Assembly (NCBI GenBank): GCA_965200875.1
Contig: OZ241456.1
Coordinates: forward strand, 896,001 to 960,000
DNA length: 64,000 nucleotides
Direction of reading: 5' to 3'
Source of the DNA: Bdellovibrionales bacterium
GTDB lineage: Bacteria > Bdellovibrionota > Bdellovibrionia > Bdellovibrionales > UBA1609
The notes under the pieces were generated by a model that was not told the DNA's origin, did not search any database, and was given only the letters and a program-made list of their open reading frames with translations. The translations under genes were made by a program, and so were the position numbers. Shown here piece by piece: positions 49,306 to 58,234 of the stretch. Every line of letters starts with the position of its first letter. Position 1 is the first letter of the stretch.

Positions 49306-49955
49306 TATAATTCACTCTCACTTTCAACAGTAAAATTTTGAGATTGACTGTAAGACAAACAAACTTCTCCCACATTTTCCATAGTATCCAATACCCCGCT
49401 CACTCTTTTTCGAAAGTAATTATATAGCATGACAGAGGGAATAGCGACTGCCAGACCCATTGCCGTAGCCAGTAGAGCGATAGAAATACCTGACATCACT
49501 GCTTGTTGCCCAGCCTCCTGAACAACCCCTAAATCATGAAAAGATCTCATTATCCCAAATACTGTTCCCAACAATCCTATAAAAGGAGCATTTGCTCCAA
49601 TTGTTGCTAAAATAGGAATACCACCTTCCAATCCTGGTTTTTCCTGAAGATAAACAGATTTAAATAGCTCCGACAGTCCTGAAGAACCATGTTTTTTGAT
49701 ATGCGTCATTGCATATCCTATAAGCCGTCCTGATGGGTGGCTGAGGTCATTACTTAAACCTTCAATGGCTTTTAAAGAACCTGACTGAAAAATCATTTTA
49801 AGCTGTCTCCTGACTTGTATGCTTTTTCGATAAACTGGCCGGATAAAAAAATATCTCTCTAGGCTGATGCTTAACACCAAAACACTAAAAAAAACCAATA
49901 TAACCATAATGGCTTTATCTGCAAAAGGTGCTATGGAAAAAAATACATCAATCAT
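49305..49955 (-). CDS. MotA/TolQ/ExbB-family proton channel (AglR-like)
   Basis: [39 protein letters not shown]. Confidence 0.93.
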   Translation of the reverse strand: MIDVFFSIAPFADKAIMVILVFFSVLVLSISLERYFFIRPVYRKSIQVRRQLKMIFQSGSLKAIEGLSNDLSHPSGRLIGYAMTHIKKHGSSGLSELFKSVYLQEKPGLEGGIPILATIGANAPFIGLLGTVFGIMRSFHDLGVVQEAGQQAVMSGISIALLATAMGLAVAIPSVMLYNYFRKRVSGVLDTMENVGEVCLSYSQSQNFTVESESEL

Positions 49956-50158
49956 TTCTGTTTCTCTCCTTTAAAAATCACTTTATCTTCAACAAAGATT
50001 ATACTGTATTAGCTATTGTTACTTTCCTGAAAAATTTATTTTACATTAAAGATTACATTCTGTTTAGCTTATTACAATGAATCTTTATTTTTAACACATA
50101 AAAAAATTATTTTACTTAATTCAAGACAGATTTGCCAGATTAAAAATAAAAAAAATAT

Positions 50159-50809
50159 TTACAAATTGTAAATAAAATTAACAGAATACCAGTTGTATAA
50201 AAATCGGGCTTTTATGATAGAAATGGATTGGGAAAACATGATCTGAACCCCTAATCGGGGGCTGAAATGAATATGTGGCCCTATTCCCCACTTTAACGCG
50301 AAAAACATCCCTTTTTCCCCCATATTCATTAATCCAAATCCAAATTGTACAGGAAAACCAATATTCATCTTGAACACGCTGGCTAAATTAATGTGACTTT
50401 TAATAATACTGTAACGCCAGTTCACATATATCATACTTTTCAAAAAAGGGTACGCAAGATTCAAACCATATAAATCCATTTTTTTTTCAATAGCTTGCAC
50501 TGCCAAGTGAGATTTTGAATCATGAATAGAATATTCAAGACCTAACTGTAAAAAAGAATGAATCCGGTGCTGAACTTCTATACCAAAAAAAGAGGAATAA
50601 ATATAAGGGCTTCCTATTTCTTGTCCGCCAAATACAGAAATGCTGAATGGATATTCAGGTTTTTTATCAGTTTCCTGAATAAAAATTTGACCATAGTCCA
50701 CAAGTGGTGAAAGATGGATATTTTGTGGTATTCGCTCGATATAATCCTTGCTTTCTGACCAGGCTGAAAAACAAAATAAAAACATACTTAAAAACACATA
50801 CTTCATCAT
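50159..50809 (-). CDS. Outer-membrane beta-barrel protein (GltA/B/H-like)
   Basis: Signal peptide, alternating beta strands, YSIIKSHINL motif, aromatic C-terminus. Confidence 0.55.
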   Translation of the reverse strand: MMKYVFLSMFLFCFSAWSESKDYIERIPQNIHLSPLVDYGQIFIQETDKKPEYPFSISVFGGQEIGSPYIYSSFFGIEVQHRIHSFLQLGLEYSIHDSKSHLAVQAIEKKMDLYGLNLAYPFLKSMIYVNWRYSIIKSHINLASVFKMNIGFPVQFGFGLMNMGEKGMFFALKWGIGPHIHFSPRLGVQIMFSQSISIIKARFLYNWYSVNFIYNL

Positions 50810-50888
50810 TATACTTTCTCTTATTTATAAGACATGGATGATTCAAGCTTGTTGCTCATAAATGTCTTTACACCTCTAAAATATCTTT

Positions 50889-53588
50889 TTAGGGCAATAA
50901 AAGTTTTTCTTCCAATAAAATCAATTCTTTCTCCCAGTTCATGTCATTTTCCTGCAACATTTGTTTTATTAAATTTCTATACACTTTGTTAAATTCATTT
51001 TCTGGAGGTAGTATTTCGTCGCTTTTCTCTGGTCCTAGCCAAACAGGTTGAATTTTACGAAAAACAAGAGACATAAAATAAAACCCCAGAGAATCTTGGC
51101 TGATATGCCCTTTTTCAGCATCATACTGAGGTACATTTTTCAAATATCTCCATAACCCATTTGATTGATACGAACTGAGTTGAAAAAAGTTTACCTCTTC
51201 AAATAAATGTATAAGCTCATCAACATTCTTCCATATTTCCTGTAAGTTATTCTCTTCTTCCAAATTAATGGGTGATAAAGTGAACTTAGCTAAAAGAAAT
51301 AAAAATGTATTAATTCTTTCCTGTGAAATAAGGGCATCACAGATATTTGTTGCTTTTCTGTGTTTCCTGCTTCGGTTATGTGTTGATCTTTGTTGAGAAG
51401 GATAAAATGTGAGCAAATATTTAATCATATTCACACTATACTTATGCTTCTGTATAAGAAAATGGCTTTTTTCATATCCTAAAAAACGACATACAGAGCT
51501 ATCTGCCACAGTTTGGTAAATACCGTTCACTCGATATGCAGTGTCATAAAATAAATCCATATCCGTAAATTCAGATTCTTTTAAGTACAGAGAAGATAAA
51601 ATTAAAGTTAAGATAATATCTTCCCATTTCTTTTTATCTATTTGTGAGATAATTACTGTATCCAAAGAATAGGGATAAAGTGAAAGAACACGCGCCAACC
51701 TCTGTACAAATTGATATTTTTCATAATTTTTCGGATTTTCCTTCAATGTGCTTTCAGACCCTAAATTCCAATCTGCTTTTTTAATCTGATTGACAATTTT
51801 ATTCCATTCCCTTTGCCTGAAGTCCTTCACAAAACTGGTGCAATTCTCAAAATTAAATTGATCGAATAACAAATTTTTCTGACCAGAATTATTGAAAAAC
51901 TGAAATAAATTTCTTACATAAGAATAATCACATTTTTCTGTGCCTTCCTGTTCCCTTAAACTCTCTTTAGGGTTGGATAAGTGGACAGAACTTTCCTCCA
52001 CTTCTGTCCAAAATAACCGGTGAAAATAAGAGTTATCCACATAAGCTCTGTCGTACCCATATTCATCAGCTATTTCTAAAACAGACTGCTCTCCGTTTAC
52101 AAAAACAGACCATATATCCTTGATTAAAAATGTAATCTGGCCTTCATAAGCCTGATTATGTATATGCAAAACCTCTCTTATACTTTTTCTGTCATGGCGG
52201 TCGCGTAAAGCACCCATTAAATTCAACCAATCCGTTTCTGAAAAATAACTGATGAGTTTTTTCCACTCATCAGGAGATCGTTTATATTTCTCCTCTTCAT
52301 ATACAAATAACAATGCGTCTACAGATTTTAAGTTCTTTGGATTGGAGTCATTTTTTAGAGTGTTTTCCAATATTTCATATTGATTTACTGCCAAATTTTC
52401 TATACCCATTACTTCCACACAAAACTTAATCGCCAAGGATTTATAATTTGCTGTGTTCCAATGATCCGCCAGTGTAAAGTATGAGCGCAAATCCTGATCC
52501 TGACAGGAAAAAGAATAAAGAGAAAGTAAGGCTTGTATATTTCCATTATCTGGTTTTTGAGGGTATTGGAGTAAAAATTTTTCCCATATAACAGACCAAT
52601 TTAAAGAGCCATAATCAGCGAAATATCTTTTGTATTCAGCCAAACTGATAATATCCATCATTTTGTCTTCTTCTTCAAACATTAAAAAAATGTCTTGTTC
52701 CAGATTTTCAATGGATTGATAAGCACTCCATTCCATTTCTAAAGTTCTTTTTAAATATTCCCGGCTGTTTTCTTTGTAATTAATCCAGCGAGCATCGTTC
52801 CAAAATGCGCGATCCACTACATTCAAAATATCACTCCAAACCCGAACATGCTGTGTTCTGGACCATTCATCGATGAGCGTTTTTTGTAATTCTTCAGTGT
52901 AGAGATACTTCTGGTTCTTTCTGGGATGAGAAGAAGGTGTTACTCTGTTTGACACCCCTTTGCGGGCATTTTCCGTAAGAAAAAAATCAGATTTTTCCTG
53001 CTTGATTTTTTCTACTTCTACTTCTTTTCTTTTATTGACTAGGAATTGCACCATTAATTTAAAAGTGGAGTTAGAAAGCCAAGTGGAACAAACTTTATTC
53101 AGACGATTAAGCTGATGACTGAATAATATTTTTTTGGGGTCAGCTGTAGCTATTTGCAGGAGAAGATTTGTAAACGCGCTCATACTTTCCTGTTGACAGG
53201 ATACTTCACTTAAAGAAAGCAATTTATTAAGTTCTTCTTCCTTTAAGTTTTCGTAAAGTTTTTTTTCTGTAATGCCAGACCAGTACTGACTCCAAGAAAA
53301 ACCGGGAGCATGATTATCTCGAAGATGGTTCACATAGTGTGAAAATTCTCCTTCTTCATCTTTTTCTCTTTGAAATTCCTCTAAGAATAAAAGTGCTGAC
53401 TGTAACCGTACTCCTTTTACGATAAACTTAGGTGGTTCAACAGTACATGATACGAAAAAAAAAATAGAAATTAGAAAAATGTTACTTTTTTTCATCAATT
53501 TACCTGAATCATCGGTCCTGAATAGAGGGCATTCCAGATGGTAAAACCCTGGAATTACATAACAGAAATTCCCATGAAAAATTGACAA
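50889..53588 (-). CDS. Large hypothetical lipoprotein (likely start MKKSNIF)
   Basis: 899-aa ORF; FFVSC lipobox-like segment. Confidence 0.7.
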   Translation of the reverse strand: MSIFHGNFCYVIPGFYHLECPLFRTDDSGKLMKKSNIFLISIFFFVSCTVEPPKFIVKGVRLQSALLFLEEFQREKDEEGEFSHYVNHLRDNHAPGFSWSQYWSGITEKKLYENLKEEELNKLLSLSEVSCQQESMSAFTNLLLQIATADPKKILFSHQLNRLNKVCSTWLSNSTFKLMVQFLVNKRKEVEVEKIKQEKSDFFLTENARKGVSNRVTPSSHPRKNQKYLYTEELQKTLIDEWSRTQHVRVWSDILNVVDRAFWNDARWINYKENSREYLKRTLEMEWSAYQSIENLEQDIFLMFEEEDKMMDIISLAEYKRYFADYGSLNWSVIWEKFLLQYPQKPDNGNIQALLSLYSFSCQDQDLRSYFTLADHWNTANYKSLAIKFCVEVMGIENLAVNQYEILENTLKNDSNPKNLKSVDALLFVYEEEKYKRSPDEWKKLISYFSETDWLNLMGALRDRHDRKSIREVLHIHNQAYEGQITFLIKDIWSVFVNGEQSVLEIADEYGYDRAYVDNSYFHRLFWTEVEESSVHLSNPKESLREQEGTEKCDYSYVRNLFQFFNNSGQKNLLFDQFNFENCTSFVKDFRQREWNKIVNQIKKADWNLGSESTLKENPKNYEKYQFVQRLARVLSLYPYSLDTVIISQIDKKKWEDIILTLILSSLYLKESEFTDMDLFYDTAYRVNGIYQTVADSSVCRFLGYEKSHFLIQKHKYSVNMIKYLLTFYPSQQRSTHNRSRKHRKATNICDALISQERINTFLFLLAKFTLSPINLEEENNLQEIWKNVDELIHLFEEVNFFQLSSYQSNGLWRYLKNVPQYDAEKGHISQDSLGFYFMSLVFRKIQPVWLGPEKSDEILPPENEFNKVYRNLIKQMLQENDMNWEKELILLEEKLLLP

Positions 53589-53649
53589 CCTTTTTCAAGA
53601 CCGACTGCTTTGTCACCTGTCTGTAAACAGAGGGTTTTGTCCCTGTCGG

Positions 53650-54162
53650 CTATTTGGATACATTACCAGATTTTCCCTTTCCTTTAGGTTTGGCTGACGG
53701 TTTGGAATCAACAGCTGGTTTTTTATGCTTATGATCAGCTCCCTCGCTTTTGGTACAAGTTTTTTTATCTTTTCCTTCGCATTTGTCACAGGTTTTTTTG
53801 TCTTTCCCCTTGCATTTTTCAGCGCAGGCTGTTTTGGCTTTTTCCTTGCATTCAGCACAGGCTTTTTTGTCTTTCCCTTTGCATTTTTCAGCGCAGGCTG
53901 TTTTATGTTTTTCCTTGCATTCAGCACAGGCTTTTTTGGCTTTCTCCTTACGCTCAGCACAGGCTGTTTTAGCTTTTTCCTTGCATTCAGCAACACAGGT
54001 TTTTTTGTCTTTCCCTTTGCATTTTTCAGCGCAGGCTTTTTCTTTTTCCTTGCATTCAGCACAGGCTTCTTTCTTCTCTCCTTGTCCGCAACTACCACAA
54101 TGAGCAATAGCAAAAGGCACGAAAAGTAAAGAAAAAAGCATTACAATAATATATAATTTCAT
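53650..54162 (-). CDS. Secreted Cys/Lys-rich repeat protein
   Basis: GGAG RBS, signal peptide MKLYII...FAIA, repeats of CAECKEK and CAEKCKGKDKK. Confidence 0.75.
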   Translation of the reverse strand: MKLYIIVMLFSLLFVPFAIAHCGSCGQGEKKEACAECKEKEKACAEKCKGKDKKTCVAECKEKAKTACAERKEKAKKACAECKEKHKTACAEKCKGKDKKACAECKEKAKTACAEKCKGKDKKTCDKCEGKDKKTCTKSEGADHKHKKPAVDSKPSAKPKGKGKSGNVSK

Positions 54163-54263
54163 AATAAATTCTCCATTTTTTGTTGATAATGTTTGAAGTG
54201 CCAGTTTAAAAAAATATCTTCTCACTGTCAATAAAATTTACAATTCTTGTAATGAATTTTAAT

Positions 54264-56441
54264 TTAGTTTATTTCCGTAGCTGTAGCATTTTCGCCACCG
54301 GTAAAATCCACAATTCGAGGGGTTAAAAACAGCAATAATTCATTCCGTTGTTCACTTTTTGCAAATTTGGAAAAAAGCCAGTTCAAAATAGGTATATGTC
54401 TAAGAATGGGGATACCTTCATCTGTTCGTGCTTCATCTTTTTGGTAAATACCTCCAATAACAATTGTTCGTCCATTACCCACCAATACTTTTGTTTGTGC
54501 AGAACGGGAGTTTTTTGGACGCGCACCTTGTGGTCCCTGTTGGGCACCAAAAAATTCCCTTCGCATATTAATTTCCATATAAATAGAACCAACAGCCGTA
54601 ACTTTTGGAGATACTTCAAATTCCAATACCGCTGAGATTCTCTGAGGTGCTGTTTGAGTGGTTTGATCACTTTGAGTGGTGACTATATCAATATCCTCTG
54701 TTTGTTGGGAAATTTTTGCTTTTTCCCCATTTAAAACCATAATGCGAGGAGCACTCAGAACATGAATCAGGTTTTCAATTTCAGAAAGACCCAAAGCCAG
54801 ATCCAAATCCCCTACAGGTGCGAAAGAAACCCGCAATCCGCGTCCTCTGGTAATAAGTGTGCTTGTGGTACCTACGCCTCCAGGAAAAGCATCCAAGCCT
54901 CCACTGATATTTAAAGCTAAATTAGGATTTCCCCCTGGTACAATATTTAATGGAGCACCTTGAAAGCCCCAACTCACTCCAAGATTACGAACAAAACTTT
55001 CACGAGCTTCTACTATCTTGGCTTCAATCATGACTTGTATTGGCAACTTATCCAAATTTTTAACCATAGTTTCAATACGCTCAATATTGCGAGCGGTATC
55101 AGTGATAATTAAAGAATTGGATTTCTGGTCAGAGGTTGATTTCCCTCGATCTTTTGTAAGCATTTCTTTTATTTGTTTTTCTATATCGGCCACTTCTGTA
55201 TAAGCTAAAGAGATCACTTTAACCTTTAAGGGTTCCAAAATCTTTTGTTTCTCCCGCATTTCCTGAACATCTTTTTGCTCTTTCCTTAAATCCTCTAATT
55301 TCATAATCCGAATAATATTTCCTTCTCTCATGTAACCCAGATCTTTCATTTTCATCACTGTTACCAAGGCTTGATCCCAAGGAATATTTTTTAGTTTGAC
55401 ACTGATCTTTCCCTCTATATTATCCGACAGTACCATATTCAATCCTGTGCCTTCTGAAATAAAATACAAAACTTCTCTCACATCCACATCATTTAACTGA
55501 ATGGAAATAGGAGCTCCGGTAAATTGAGGAGTATGAAGCAAAAACTCCTCCAAGGATTTCGCTGGCAGGATTTCGCTTGAAATACTCTGATCAGATGATC
55601 CCTGCATGGAAAAAGAATCTTCTTCATTGCCTTGCCCTTCTTGCAAGCTGATGCCTGTTCCCCCTGTGCCACCCTGAGAAGAAATAATCAGAGAACCCGT
55701 ATCTTCTGCCACACTTACAGAAGGTGAACCTGCGTTTTCCCTCATTTGCAATACAATACGCACGGTATTACTGTCTTTTTGATCTGCCTGCAATAAGGCC
55801 ATATCAGTATGAAAATCTTTCATTACAAAAGGACGTTCCTGCAAGCTCTCCGATAAAACTGCTCCGGGTATTTCAATAATAAACTGATTATTTTCTCTAT
55901 TTTCTCTGGATTGATAAGAAAGAGAACCTGTGCCATCGATATAAATTTTATTTTCGCTAGCTTCGTATCGAATACTACTGACAACAACACCAATTCCACT
56001 TGCAGAGTCACTGGCGACTTTTTCATCTTCATCAATTTCCATATCATCTTCGGATGTTAACATATCCTCTTCTTCAGTTGCGTTTTCAGCTGTGGAATCT
56101 GTTGCATCAGACTCTTCCTTTACTGTCTGAGATTCTTCAGATTCAGCACTGATAGAGTCTTTCTCTGTTGTCTCTTCATCTGTTTCTGCTTGAGAATCGT
56201 CTGAAGGAAAAGCCTCATCTGCCATCTCTTTTTCAAAGTCTTCTGAATCGGCAAATTCATCTTCCAAGTCTTCTGAGTCGGCAAATTCACCACTGTCAGA
56301 TTCTTGTTCACCAATAACATCAGTAGCAGTTTCACCTTCGTCTATCTGCGTGGGAGATTGACTCTTGACCGTTTGGCAGGAAACTGCAAAAAAGAAAAAA
56401 AGAAAAAAAACGATATAAGTGTTCATCATATTGATTGTCAC
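54264..56441 (-). CDS. pilQ: Type IV pilus secretin PilQ with acidic N-terminus and AMIN-like domain
   Basis: FTGAPISIQL.DVDVR.VL, KLKNIPWDQAL, QVMIEAKIVEA, TIVIGGIY, GIPILRHIP, ELLLFLTPRI. Confidence 0.92.
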   Translation of the reverse strand: MTINMMNTYIVFFLFFFFAVSCQTVKSQSPTQIDEGETATDVIGEQESDSGEFADSEDLEDEFADSEDFEKEMADEAFPSDDSQAETDEETTEKDSISAESEESQTVKEESDATDSTAENATEEEDMLTSEDDMEIDEDEKVASDSASGIGVVVSSIRYEASENKIYIDGTGSLSYQSRENRENNQFIIEIPGAVLSESLQERPFVMKDFHTDMALLQADQKDSNTVRIVLQMRENAGSPSVSVAEDTGSLIISSQGGTGGTGISLQEGQGNEEDSFSMQGSSDQSISSEILPAKSLEEFLLHTPQFTGAPISIQLNDVDVREVLYFISEGTGLNMVLSDNIEGKISVKLKNIPWDQALVTVMKMKDLGYMREGNIIRIMKLEDLRKEQKDVQEMREKQKILEPLKVKVISLAYTEVADIEKQIKEMLTKDRGKSTSDQKSNSLIITDTARNIERIETMVKNLDKLPIQVMIEAKIVEARESFVRNLGVSWGFQGAPLNIVPGGNPNLALNISGGLDAFPGGVGTTSTLITRGRGLRVSFAPVGDLDLALGLSEIENLIHVLSAPRIMVLNGEKAKISQQTEDIDIVTTQSDQTTQTAPQRISAVLEFEVSPKVTAVGSIYMEINMRREFFGAQQGPQGARPKNSRSAQTKVLVGNGRTIVIGGIYQKDEARTDEGIPILRHIPILNWLFSKFAKSEQRNELLLFLTPRIVDFTGGENATATEIN

Positions 56442-56492
56442 TTTATCACAATGTTACTCTGAGTTGCTAAGATTATTTTTCAGTTTGAAAAA

Positions 56493-56550
56493 TTTACAAA
56501 CAATGTCATTTTTACAAACAATGTCATTTTTACAAACAATGTCATTTTTA
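56493..56550. repeat. 18-bp perfect tandem repeat x3 upstream of pilQ
   Basis: TTTACAAACAATGTCATT at 56493, 56511, 56529. Confidence 0.95.
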
Positions 56551-56790
56551 ATTCTCTTTTTTGTCTGCTATAACCAGTCGATTTAGGCTTGAAGAAGTTT
56601 TGTTAACTTTGCAGAAAATCACTGGTTCATTATATAACGCGTGGGTTCAAACAGGCATTTTTTCAGTAGACGCAGGTTCACATTTGCAATGTTTTCAAGA
56701 TAAATGTGCTATGCGTTAAACAGTCCCTTGTGAAAAAGCCTTTCCTAAACTGAAAAAAATGTATTATAATGACCGAAAAAAGGTATTATA

Positions 56791-57435
56791 ATGAATAAAT
56801 CAACAGCTTCGATTTCAGATGAAATTTGGAGATTGATAAAAGAGACTCAGGAAAACCTAAAAGTTCTTTCAATTAGTCAAAAAGAGACTCAGGAAAACCT
56901 AAAAGTTCTTTCAATTAGCCAAAAAGAGACTCAGGAAAACCTAAAAGTTCTTTCAATTAGCCAAAAAGAAACAGATCGACAAATTCAAAAAATGGGTAGT
57001 CGTTTTAACCAACGTTGGGGAACTTTTATTGAATCTTTAGTTTCAGGAAATCTGGTAAAAATTCTTCAAGATTGGGGAATAGACATTATGCAAACTCATA
57101 CTCGTTCAGAAGCTCAATGGAAAAGACCTGATGGCAGTATTCAAAAGAGAGAGTTTGATATTATTGTTGCCAATGGTTCAGAGGTTGTAGCTGTGGAAGT
57201 AAAAAGTACTTTATATCCAAAAGATGTGAAAACTTTTTTAAAAACATTACAGGATTTTAGAAAATATTTTCCAAGATACAGATCTGAAATCATTTATGGG
57301 GCGGTTGCTTATTTAACGAGTGAAGATAAAGCTCATTTTTTCGCTGAAGAACATGGTCTTTTTGTAATTCGTGCTACAGGGGACAGTGCCAGTATTATCA
57401 ATCAAGAAACTTTTAAGCCAAAAGCATTTAGCTAA
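56791..57435 (+). CDS. Coiled-coil plus PD-(D/E)XK nuclease-like protein (DUF3782-like)
   Basis: KETQENLKVLSISQ x3 (42-bp repeats 56839-56964); WGTFIE; EFDII...AVEVKS; GLFVIRATG. Confidence 0.8.
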   Translation: MNKSTASISDEIWRLIKETQENLKVLSISQKETQENLKVLSISQKETQENLKVLSISQKETDRQIQKMGSRFNQRWGTFIESLVSGNLVKILQDWGIDIMQTHTRSEAQWKRPDGSIQKREFDIIVANGSEVVAVEVKSTLYPKDVKTFLKTLQDFRKYFPRYRSEIIYGAVAYLTSEDKAHFFAEEHGLFVIRATGDSASIINQETFKPKAFS

Positions 57436-57450
57436 AAATAATTTAATGAG

Positions 57451-58101
57451 GTGAATATGAAATTGAGTAAAGACACAGTCATTAAAATTCTTGATACTAT
57501 ATATGATAATGCTGAGGAAGGTTTACCGGGTATATTATCTGTTAAGGAAGAGGTTCAAAAAGAAAAAATAAAATATAAAAACCCGCAAGAACATATTGAT
57601 TCAGTGATAAAGTGGGCTGTAGCTAAAAGCTCTTGTGCTGGTTTTGCTTCTTCAGTAGGAGGAATAATCACCTTGCCAACCCTTCCTTTTGGAATGAGTG
57701 TTAATTTGTATATCCAATTACGTATGATAATTAAAATTGCTTACATAAGTGGTCTTGATATAAAATCAGAGGAAGTGAAAACTTTTATATACTGTTGTTT
57801 GGCAGGCTCTAAGGCTATTAAGGACATTCTCAAATCTGTAGGTATAAAAATAGGTCAAAAGCTGACTCAGAAAATGATTACCGGTATAAGTGGAAAAGTC
57901 TTAATCAAAATAAACAAGCTTGTGGGTTTTAGGTTATTTACAAAATTTGGTTCTAAAGGAGTATTCAACTTTGGAAAAATGGTGCCTATAGCAGGAGGAA
58001 TTATTGGCGGGTATATTGATGGGCACTGGTGTTACAGTTCTGGAAAAATGGCTAAAAAACTATTTTTCAAAAATCCAAAGCTTAAGGAAAATCAAGAGTA
58101 G
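57451..58101 (+). CDS. EcsC-family protein
   Basis: GFASSVGGIITLP, LYIQLRMI..IA...G.D, KINKLVGFRLFTKFG.KGV.N.GK.VP. Confidence 0.8.
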   Translation: MNMKLSKDTVIKILDTIYDNAEEGLPGILSVKEEVQKEKIKYKNPQEHIDSVIKWAVAKSSCAGFASSVGGIITLPTLPFGMSVNLYIQLRMIIKIAYISGLDIKSEEVKTFIYCCLAGSKAIKDILKSVGIKIGQKLTQKMITGISGKVLIKINKLVGFRLFTKFGSKGVFNFGKMVPIAGGIIGGYIDGHWCYSSGKMAKKLFFKNPKLKENQE

Positions 58102-58109
58102 ACTCCCGT

Positions 58110-58185
58110 TTTCACTGGGATTTTCATTATACTTTCATTTGTGTTTTCATTATGCTTTCACTGTGTTTTCATCATATTTTCATTA
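58110..58185. promoter_or_regulatory. Helically phased array of TTTCA direct repeats
   Basis: TTTCA at 58110, 58122, 58133, 58145, 58156, 58167, 58178. Confidence 0.55.
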
Positions 58186-58234
58186 GTTAAAAATCTTTAC
58201 ATTTCCCACAGTTTATTAGTAATTTTCATTTCTT

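Noticed and set aside
53613..54129. Three alternative ORFs over the Cys/Lys repeat
   Set aside because: Only the 54162 frame has both an RBS and a signal peptide
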